A stretch of DNA of 33,970 nt from Octopus sinensis (lineage: Eukaryota). Shown here one piece after another: positions 23,605 to 33,405 of this stretch. The translations under genes and the position numbers were made by a program. Every line of letters begins with the position of its first letter. Position 1 is the first letter of the stretch. The notes beneath the pieces are model-generated. The model made no database searches, had not been told where the DNA came from, and saw nothing but the letters and a program-made list of their open reading frames with translations. The stretch lies in NCBI RefSeq assembly GCF_006345805.1, contig NW_021831905.1:1-33970 (forward strand), read 5' to 3'.

Positions 23605-24039
23605 GTTAAGATTTTATTGTTTAATATAGGGAGGTACACCAGATTTTAACTTAATCATAAGTTTATTATTTAATAAAATGATAATTTTTACTATTTAAAA
23701 TAGTATTTTCGTTCAATCAATTAAAAAATACTTCTCAGCAACTTCTGACAAAAATCAAAAAATTACATTTTTTTACCAATTTTGATAACATGATTAAATT
23801 ATACAACAGGAGATTCTTTTACTCCTACTATTATATTTACTTATAAACGAATAAAGCTAGAATATGGATAGTGCCCGATTATACTTTAGCCTGTTTGTTT
23901 ATCTTACATAAAATTAAACGAATAAACTTGGAAAATGTCTTTTAATGGTCAGATGTTCATATCCCAAAGAGAATTAATCACACATCAGCCCAAATTCTCT
24001 AAACATCTTTAAATTAAAAAAAAACTTATTGCGATATGG

Positions 24040-24130
24040 GGACACCCACAAGGAAGATAGAAATCAAGCGATTCAAAAGAATCTCCATAGCGATTCTGAG
24101 GGGGGACGATTCTAAAGTAATTTTGGAATA
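24040..24130 (+). mobile_element. Possible short CRE 3' fragment
   Basis: FKRISIAILRGD resembles the CRE terminal QRxSIAxxRGN motif; very short. Confidence 0.4.
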
Positions 24131-26642
24131 AGAAATAGAAAAAATAAACTCATTTATACCACAATCAACGTTGTATGAATTTAGAAACAAGTTTTTCTAC
24201 ATTTGGCTGTTTTATTAGTAGTCCTTTGAAAAAAACTCTTTGGAACCTCTGAAATGTTCAGCAAGGCTGCGAACTTAACTTCATTCAGACATTGGCCGTA
24301 AAAGTTTGACGAAAACTAACGATCGGAAAAAGACTAGCTGTTTTTTCAGCGAATCTCGCTCAATATGCATCGCAGAGTCGTTGGACTGACATTTAGGCTC
24401 TCGACTATTCTTTTAGTTACCTACTTTGTCTGTCATTTTGTAAAATATTAGCCGATTTATTAACGTTTCTCTCAAGTCCAGCTGATTTATTAATATCTAT
24501 CATTTTAATAATTGTGGATTGTTATTGGGCCAAAATTTTCAGGTCATTGATGATTTTGACCGACTGGTAGGCATTTTTATGAATTTTTTAGTTAATACTC
24601 AAATGGTTCACAATCTAAACAAACAGTTGTGCTGACAATGAGTCCTTTTGACAATTTGTCGATCTCTTGATTGTCCTGATTACATGCTTGTTAATAATTA
24701 ATTTAAATTGCCTTTTAACACCAGTGAATTACATACTTGAGGATTATTTTAAAAATACAATTCACTTTTCAGATTTGTAAGTTATATTGTAATGCGCTGA
24801 AATTACAACTGTCGGCGAACCAGCCTATGTGCAATAAGAACTATGAACTCATCATTGGTGACTAAGAAATCAAAAATATGCATTAAATACTACCAGCCAT
24901 GTCCAGAGGGAATCAGAAACTGTCGCAATCAATGATGAAGACTCGTGTGGTCTTACAGTTCGTTGCCTTTTGTGGTCTTATCTACGCAATATCGAAAAAC
25001 ACTAAGCACTGACTCGTTATGTTTAAGAACCTATATGTTACATTTAAACTTTACTCAAGTCCATTTAAATGGTATAAATTAGTCCAATCTTTTCCTCATA
25101 AGAAAATAGTCTTTTATTTATTAACAAAGTTCTTATCAAACTCGTTTACCTGCTGCTGTATTTTATTAAAGAAATATAGATAGCCAGTCTCAGATACTCA
25201 GGGCTAACTGTATCGTTCCAAATGACACGTGTTTTCCTCCTTCGGTCTGAATTTAAACTTGTTTTTTATCCATGTTCTAGAAAAGTGGATCAATAAGACC
25301 TACTTTGTTAAGAAAATTGAGCAGCCGTGAGTTGGCGGTTGAGATAAGTCAGATAACTCGAATTCAACTTTTCAAACTATATTCAATAGACTCTAACATT
25401 CAACTGTCCTCATGTAAACATCACAATTGAGGCAATATCGACCAGAGTGATTCTACAGGCCATTCAGTTTGATGTAATGTTAGAGAAGCGAGTGAAATAA
25501 TTCTAGAACTCAAAACAACGAACTTGACTGGGTGGCATGACAAAGTGACTATAACGAGTAATTGAGGCAGAGATATATAGGCACATCGGCACTCCCGTGT
25601 TTGCAGACCTGTTTTCCCTCACATTCCTTAGCATTGGTCGTCCAATGCTGTCAAACAGGTGGTTTTCAGGACAATAAAAGTCACGGTCCAACTCAATTAC
25701 CCAAAATCTGGCTTTCTGCCTTTCACGAACACCTTTTTTGCCAAAATATCCGAATAATATCACTCACTGAAAATCCCTTTTTGCATTCCAAAATTTACAC
25801 GCATACAAGCAGGCAAATGCTTGGTTTCGCTTCGTCTGCTTTGCTTCCTGATGCTCCATCACTGTGAGTAAAATAGAACATACCTGGTAAAAATTAAAAT
25901 ATTTACGAGTCCAAACTGAAACTGCGAAACATCACCGACATGAGTCTTTTTCGGCCAGACTAAACAAGAACATAAAAATTTGTTAAAGAAACTGACATTT
26001 TTGGGAGAATAGCTATAATATCGAGTGACTTGGGATATTCTCGAATACTTTTAGGCAAACTAATGGTAATAGAAAGTACTCTCAGAGATTGTCTGGTTGA
26101 CGATTTGCAGAAGTGGTGAGTGCAGTGCGACTGTTCGTTTTACTTTAAGAGTTGATTTGTAAGCAAAATAGGGAATCCTCGTTAGTTACGAACTCATAAA
26201 CGCCTTTGGCAAATACGATTATCATTGTTTGTGTTTTTGTGTTAGTTCAGCGACTTACGACCGGGTTAGTTGTAAATAAATTGGAGAAATTGTCCGAAAG
26301 GTTGAGAAATAAGTGACATTACGTTAGTTGAAGGAGGGAGGAACAGGGCTAGGTCTCTGTCTGCTATTCTAAACTGTTTACTAGGCGTTGTTTTTGGTCC
26401 GTTCTCTACCATTTTCACAACTCAATGTCGTTTTTAAGTTAAAAAAATAAATACATTTCCGACTAATATCAAGACGTAAAAAGCCGATTTTTGTTAGCAT
26501 TGATGATTGATTAGTAAATAATTTAAACCCTGTGGTCAGTCGAGACAAAACACCGAGGTTTCTTTTTTAGTCAATTTTGTAGTTTTTTGCCGAGCAGCAA
26601 GTACCAATAACATCAGAAATATAATACTAAACAAACAAATAA

Positions 26643-26955
26643 AAATGTATAGTTTACATGGGATCTCTTCTTAATAAAAATAAAAATTATTTTATTAAAA
26701 TTACAGTTAGTAAACTATGGTTAACCTATCTTTAAAAGAAAGCCTAATAAATTAAGCACGCTGATACACGTAATTGGTTTAGTTTGTGTTATTTATCGGT
26801 ATTTTTCACATTCTTATTTAATTTGATTTGGAAGGAATAATTCTTTATGAACTTTCTTTTACTGATTAAAGAATTTGAAATTTCATATTTTTATCATTTA
26901 TTACGATTTTATTCCTTCAAAGTCAATTTTTTTGTATTATTTTAATATGAGTCAT
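26643..26955. repeat. Dispersed AT-rich repeat, paralogous to 28598-28781 plus 29485-29515
   Basis: Shared blocks AAAAATGTATA..CATGGxATCTCTT, TTTGATTTGGAAGGA, AGAATTTGAAATT..ATTTTTATCATTTATT, AAAGTCAATTTTTT and ATATGAGT occur in the same order. Confidence 0.75.
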
Positions 26956-27719
26956 TTATATATGCGAACTATCCGAGATGATGGTTCAAATGATTTTTTC
27001 TTCTTTATCCTATCTTCAAAAACACCTTTATGCTTCATAATATATCTAGAGTGCTTTCACGAAATTTAAAATATTGATTATTAAAAATATTTTTGGAGAG
27101 TTCTGCTTATTCACTCAAAGTCGGTTTGGGATAGTTCTAAAATTGCTCTATATTTATGAAACCTCAATTTGTCAAGAATTTGTTTAATTAGACGGACATT
27201 CCCTGAAAATTCCGGTAACAAATTCTTTGAAAAATGTAATTTTGTAACTCCGTCTTTATTTAAAAGATTAAAAATAAATACATTTCCGACTCCCATCGTT
27301 GTATTTTATTGTTTACCTGGAGTCTGCGGCCAGCAAAACTTCTCCACGATTTTTGATTTTTATATTGTAGTTCCAGACTCAAATCAATCAAGTTAAAAAC
27401 AAATTTTTATCACTTTACAAAATGATTTTAGCTTCTCTTTTTGTATTAATTGAGTTGATTATGTTCAAATTATATATATTTATAGAATAATAGTTTTTAC
27501 TAATGACATCTTGCCAGTGTTTTTGAAATTCTCAGAAATTTAAAGACTCTTCCATTCAGAAACTATTTGGAAGGAAATTACGGTGGTTAATATTTAAGAC
27601 GAGGAGAGTTGGATACAAAATATGAACATGGTTGTGACAAACTGAGAGGAAGTGGTCCAGACGGATGCAGTTGAAAGAGTTATTTATATCGAGTAGTTCA
27701 ATCATTGAATTGTTGACCA

Positions 27720-27835
27720 CCTTTTAATAAGGTTGGGAAACTCGTGAGATTGCTGGTTTGCAGACGCCATAGAGATAATTTATTTTTGAATGCAGCCATT
27801 TTTTATGGCATTTGATTTTGTTAATGTCTGTATCT
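27720..27835 (-). mobile_element. hAT (Buster/GTF2IRD2-like) transposase micro-fragment
   Basis: IKMAAFKNKLSLWRLQTSNLTSFPTL matches the AFxxKLxLW..FPxL motif, also seen as AFMKKLVLW..FPLL in the 11373 ORF. Confidence 0.5.
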
Positions 27836-27849
27836 TGATGAGAATTTTA

Positions 27850-28030
27850 ACATCTAATACAGTGACACGCTTGACATTTCCAGATTGCGAGGGCTGTAGA
27901 TGATAACTTAGTTAAGCCGACACAAGATAGGTGGACATCTCTCTTACAGTCAAAGCACTTTCTCGCCTTCTTGCGAGTGTTATTGGTTAAGCAAATTAAG
28001 CATTGGAATGTTGGAAACGATTCGATATGA
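27850..28030 (-). other. PHD zinc-finger coding fragment, probably from a LINE ORF1 or other TE
   Basis: CLIC..KCFDCKRDVHLSCVGL..WKCQAC gives C4HC3 spacing. No splice context or start other than inside the adjacent TE end. Confidence 0.6.
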
Positions 28031-28043
28031 GATGGGTTCATAG

Positions 28044-28113
28044 TAGAGGTGCACCGATTAATCGGCCGATAATCGGTAATCGGCATATCGGCCACTTTGC
28101 CGATTATCGGTAA
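28044..28113. mobile_element. Solo hAT-like transposon terminus with ATCGG/CCGAT subterminal repeats
   Basis: TAGAGGTGCACCGATTAATCGGCCGATAATCGGTAATCGGCATATCGGCC..GCCGATTATCGG. No partner end in the window. Confidence 0.6.
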
Positions 28114-28781
28114 TTAAGTTTGTTGTTTAGTTTAAAAACAGTTCATCGTGCGAGGCTAAATGGTGTATCTTTAGTCAAAGGATCCAGAAATTGATAGATT
28201 AGTGTTTGATAAACAACACCATTCATCTTAATAATTAAATATTTTGTTCCTTATTTTTTTTAAATCGAAAAATTATTTAGATAGCAAGGTGTACGCAAGG
28301 CAAAAAATTTAAAGAACAACTGTATTAGATAATTGGTTGCACGTTTTTGACCTTATTGTTGTTGCTCTTGTTGCTCTTTCTTATATTATTGTTCATTCTT
28401 ATGTTGTTCATTCTGAGATTAAGTTTTTAATAAAATTAGTTATTAAGTCTTAATTATTACAGCCTACATCAAGAATGTAATCTGAACAAAAAATTTTTTA
28501 AATCGTAAAAATTTTAAACACATTCACGTGTTAATTGAGGATTAATAAGATGTTAAAAAATTTCCCATCAAATTTACAAGGACCTGAAATAGACACAAAA
28601 ATGTATATTCTATCATGGAATCTCTTATTAATAAAATTTAAGTGGTTGATTTAGTTATATGTACGTGTTTATTTGATTTGATTTGGAAGGACTAGCTCTA
28701 TCAACTTTCATTTACTAATTATAGAATTTGAAATTCAATTATTTTTATCATTTATTTTGATTTTATTTATTTAAAGTCAAT

Positions 28782-29471
28782 GTATGGACTCAAAAAAGCA
28801 AGACGATTGAAGGGACATTCTGTTCAGTCAACACTGTCGACGGGAAAAGTTGAAATCAGGGTTGATTCTACAATCCTCACCGAAACAAAAGTAGAATATA
28901 ACAAGCCAGATATCTTTGTCCACGACAAAGTCAGAAACGAAATAAATCTAATTGAAGTGGGTATTACTTCACAGGATCGCCTCAAGCAAGTGGAGGTTGA
29001 AAAGTGTCACAAGTATGACCTATTGGCAAGTGAGCTTTCGCTTCTGTATAGCTGTCAAGTAAAAATAATTCCTGTGGTTATGACATGGGATGGAGTTGTC
29101 TCGAAATGCTTCAAAAATTATATGAAGAAATTATCTATTGAAGCAGGAACGAGGACATACATCCAATCCGTTGTACTGAAAAGACGCTCGAGAGTATGAT
29201 GATCGAACACAAGCACGGAATGAAGGTATCTGGTGAAGAATACGCTTCTGCTTCCAACGGTATGTGGAGATGGCATGCAAAAATGAAGACGACCCAATGA
29301 ATGCTAAAGAAGATGCAATGGTTGAATCAGATGTGGTAGTGGGGAGTAAGAGGCAGCTGGAAGTAGACTCTTCTTCCAAGAGAAGGAGAGTGGATATCAG
29401 CGAGCTGGAGTGAGATCTGCTTAGTTTCTGATTAACTATTAAGTTATTATTGGTTTAAAAACGAATTAAAA
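28782..29471 (+). mobile_element. 5'-truncated R4/NeSL-like retrotransposon (RLE domain) with 13-bp TSD
   Basis: NKPDIFVHDK..INLIEVGI..EKCHKYDLL (PD-D-E-K RLE motifs). TSD ATTTAAAGTCAAT at 28769-28781 and 29472-29484. An empty-site paralog lies near 26915-26950. Confidence 0.9.
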
Positions 29472-30137
29472 ATTTAAAGTCAATTTTTTATTATTTTGAC
29501 ATTTTATATGAGTATATTATCTGGAAGGTGACAAAGTTTAATACAAAAATATTTTCTTAGAAAATAATTTAAACATTAATTAAGAGAGGAATTAAAAGGC
29601 AGTCCAGAATATCTGGAATATAAAAAAATTCTAGAGACGTGAAGAAATGAATAAGTCAGAAATGCAACTTATCAAATTGAGATATAAAAGCAGCATTTGT
29701 GGGTGACTTTTTGGTATCTCAGGCCAGTATTTAAAACTACTTTTTAACAACTTAAATATAATAACACACTAGCAGATAAAAACCAACAATATTTGGTTTG
29801 AATATGAAAAATATTAAATTTACTATATTAGGGCGTTTCGAATGAATCAAATTGACTATTTTTTTAGCAATTAGTTATAGAGACGTAAAGTATTCTATAA
29901 TCAATTGTAATATTATTTTTAATTAAGAATACATCCGAGGAGAAACAAAAACTCGAATAAAAGAGTTTAGTCGGCCCTAAAATATTAAAACAATATCAAA
30001 AAAAATTCATTCCCTGTTATTATCCTTATCTGTGGAGAAAAATATCAAACTTATAGACAGAAAAAAAGTGAATATCATTATTAGAGTCGACAATTCGGAA
30101 TTAATATTTTCTTGTTTGGGACAGTTAATTAGAATTC

Positions 30138-30509
30138 TACCTGTTCGGACACGTTCTCGCTTGGAAATCTCGCTCAGTCCGCCGCCAATCCTGGGCACGC
30201 TTCGAGGCAGGCCGAGGACCAAAAGATTCTCAAGTACGGCTATCTTTCCAACTCGCTGTTCTTTACTCCAATTGCCGTGGAGTCCTCCGGGATTTTCGGC
30301 CCCAAGACACTCCGCTTCCTTCGCTCGCTCGGCCGACGGATTTCAAGGACTAGTCACGATCCAAGAGAGTATTCTTGGCTCCTGGAACGTCTGTCGATTG
30401 CTGTGATCCGAGGGAACGGCTTCGCCATTCGCGAGGCTGGCCGGGTGTCTCGTGACGCCAGTAATTAGCTTAGCTATCTTTTCACGTCCTTATTGTTTTT
30501 AAAAAAAAA
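30138..30509 (+). mobile_element. 5'-truncated CRE retrotransposon (RLE C-terminus, 3' UTR, A tail)
   Basis: Open frame TCSDTFS..RQAEDQKILKY..TPIAVESSGIFGP..DPREYSWLLERLSIAVIRGNGFAI..*, then A9 at 30501-30509. Candidate TSD GTTAATTAGAATT at 30124-30136 and 30519-30531. Confidence 0.85.
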
Positions 30510-30746
30510 TCTGATTCCGTTAATTAGAATTGTATTCCTGGAAATAATAAAAAGACTATTTTCGTTTGTTTTTAAAAAAATATGAACAATATTAATGTTG
30601 TGAGTTCATATTTAATTTTTTGATACGATTAGGGTCTTTTATTTTTTCTAATTTCAATTTTTCTAAGGAATACAAAAAATTAGAACGAATATTTTTTAAA
30701 AATGCTAATGACTAAAATGCTATTTTAATTAGTTTTAAATGATTTA

Positions 30747-31247
30747 TTATTTCTCCAGTAACATGTACGACCGAAAAGCCACTATTCCGTGAATCACTGT
30801 GCCGATGGATGAGATGACCTGACATTAAGAGGAAGACATACCGCCGCCGCGATTATCGAGTTGGGACTGACATCCCCATACATGACTCTACTGTTAGTTC
30901 CCGAAATGATAGCCGAAATGGCGTAGAACACGCACAGGAGTCCATTAATAATTATCTCACTTATGTGCACGTGTTTTTCATTGAAGCGAGAATTGAGTTT
31001 AAAGAAACATAATGCAATGTTTAGTAGATTAGACAGAAGAGACGTCATGCCTGTGAATACCACGAATCCTCCCCCAGCCGCGCTGAACCCGGATTGCAGA
31101 AACACTGATCACCACTGAAATAGCCACACTCTGCTCAGTGAGGTCACAATCATACACAAAAGCACACTCTTATCCAAAAGTGATTAGACTTAAATAGCTC
31201 TTGTCGTATATTTTGGATTCGTCTGGACTTTGTTTGGGAAGTGACAT
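30747..31247 (-). pseudogene. MARVEL-domain four-TM membrane protein gene (MAL/CMTM-like), disrupted in this sequence
   Basis: ATG 31247; introns 31131-31155 (25 nt) and 30819-30841 (23 nt); hydrophobic segments SVAISVVISVSA, GFVVFTGMTSLLSNLLNIAL, EIIINGLLCVFYAISAII and IAAA/VISSIGTVIHGIVAF; stop at 30747-30749. Frame repairs are needed near 31190 and 31095. Confidence 0.6.
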
Positions 31248-31280
31248 TCTGTCGGATGCCATAAAATAAATGAATAATAT

Positions 31281-33119
31281 TGTCGCAGTAAATAGGTATT
31301 CCGGAATAGCGATCCAGGGATCAGATTATTGATTTCTAGTCAATGCGAATTTACCGTCAACACCAGTACCGCCAATGAATTCGTTCCTTCAGGCTCCGGG
31401 CGAGTAAGTTTATTCACTTTCCGCCGAATCTTATGTTTAACGTGGAGTTGATCATTTTTCCGATTTTTTACTGTTGAAGAACAAGAACAACTTTATGATT
31501 ATGTCCGGTTGTGTCACCTGGATACGGGGCATCCAGGTCGAGATAAATTATTCAATCATATGAAGAACTTGGCATATGGAATTAGCATAGAACATGTGAA
31601 TCATGTTCTAAGTGCATGTACAACTTGCATAGCTCGTCGTACGCTCGCAACCAGGAGACAAATTACTCCAATAATTGCCAAGTTTTCACGAGAAAGGCTG
31701 ATTATCGATCTTGTGGACCTAAGATATTACAGCGATCAAAATAGTGGCGAAAAATGGTTGCTGGTGATAATGGACTCGTTTACGAAATACTGTTGGACTT
31801 CAGCACTGAAATCAAAGAACTCGGCTGATGTGATACCGAGGATACGAAGTGTTGTTCTTTCTTTGGGGGAAGTATTCATAATACATACCGACAATGGACT
31901 TGAATTCTGCAACTCGCGGATGACGCAGTTGTGCGAAGAATTTGGAATTCGCCATGTCAGGGGGAGGGCCCGATGTCCCTGGATACAGGGTCAAGTGGAA
32001 CGACTTAATCAGACACTCAAATGGATGCTCAGTTCGACGTTATTAACCAACGGAATGGATTTCGTTGGATTGATATCCTCGAAAATATAACATACGCATA
32101 TAATACAAGGATACACTCTACAACGCGCTTTTCTCCTGTTCATTTGATGTATGGCCCACGGATTAGAGAACAAATGGCTCGAGGTCATACTCAGGCACTC
32201 ATTGAATATATTGATTCCATCAATCAACTTGACTACAATGAAGAGCCAAGAACCGAGCAAATTCAACAAGAACTACATGGACCTTGATGTGGAAACAAAC
32301 GACAACGAGATGGATCGACTTGTAGTAGCTTCTGCAGCAGCCGAAGATTTACGAGATATTGCGAGGAGGAATACTAATAGTGCTGCTGAATCCATGAGGA
32401 GACGATCTAATTGGAGGAATGATATCCTTGACTTTCCTCTGGGGACGAAAGTGGTCATCCACACCGACACAGATACGAATACAACAACACGCCGTCGACC
32501 ATTCCACGAACATTTGGATTGTACTGAATATACTGTCGTTGGGATTTTACAGCACGACAGGGTCCAAATTAGTTCGACGAATATGTTGATCAATCATGAG
32601 GCCCCTTACGAGATCGATATTAATAGACTAGCTATCGTTGGAAAACTATAAAAATTTTGTTTCGGAATAAACTTCTTTATATCTTAAATTTTTGTTCTTT
32701 TATGATTGCAATCGAAAATAGACAACTATTTGCTATTTCAAAAAAAAAAGAATTTGAATTACTTTTCCATATTTTCATTTTTGTTTAAATAAAATGAAAT
32801 CGAAACTAAAATACACTCCATAAAGATTTAAAACGCGAAATTGACTAAATTGTTAACAAAAAGCGTCATTTAAACATTTAAAAAATTAACAATTCAAACA
32901 ATAACGAATCTATTCTTAAGCAAATATTTTCATTATTCCTGTACGATTTTAAAGCAGATTTTGTAGTAAGCTATTTATTAATTTATAAAATTATCAAATT
33001 AACGAAAAAATCGTCCTGCACAGTATTTGTCTTTATAGATTTCTCTATTTGGACAATATAAAATTTTATAATTATTTTACTCGGATCGCTATTTCCTGGT
33101 ATCTCTATTTACTGTAACA
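31281..33119 (+). mobile_element. Ginger-type (Gypsy-integrase-related, KRBA2-like) DNA transposon, 1839 bp, frameshifted
   Basis: Imperfect TIRs of about 36 bp: TGTCGCAGTAAATAGG..AATAGCGATCC (31281-31315) and GGATCGCTATT..CTATTTACTGTAACA (33083-33119). Flanks ATAT and AAAT. Integrase HHCC (HLDTGH..CTTC), D (IIDL..MDSFTK), D (TDNG), E (QGQVERLN) and an SH3-like tail, split over ORFs 31509, 32021 and 32151. No RT, RNase H or LTR. Confidence 0.85.
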
Positions 33120-33405
33120 AAATTAACCCAATTTACTGATTTTATTAAAATAATGTAATGGACAGTCATTAATGATATATAAAACCTATTCGTATTTAAT
33201 GAACAAGATTTTATGATAATAAAATTTCTACCAAAAAGGACTATTCATAGACTAATTGGGCATAACTCAGTCGTTGCTTATCGACTTAAATTAGGCATAT
33301 TTTGTGATATTCTTAGTATATTTATAAAAATGAAAAATTATTTAATTATAAAACACAGTAAATTTATTATTTAAATAAAATATTTAAATTAATTTATTTG
33401 TTGTG

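Noticed and set aside
28345-28412. TTGTTGCTC / TTGTTCATTCT low-complexity repeats
   Set aside because: Short degenerate simple repeats with no coding or structural support.
29685-29745. KAAFVGDFLVSQASI resembling a polyprenyl synthase helix
   Set aside because: Too short, bounded by stops, and without DDxxD motifs.
708-32593. Many track ORFs (for example 708-989, 7751-8014, 8256-8498, 12255-12458, 13656-13913, 17111-17350, 30032-30406, 32273-32593)
   Set aside because: They are antisense or off-frame shadows of TE coding sequence and have no independent motifs.
31281-33119. LTR retrotransposon interpretation of the integrase
   Set aside because: No RT, RNase H, protease or LTRs, and the ends are inverted repeats, so a Ginger-type DNA transposon fits better.
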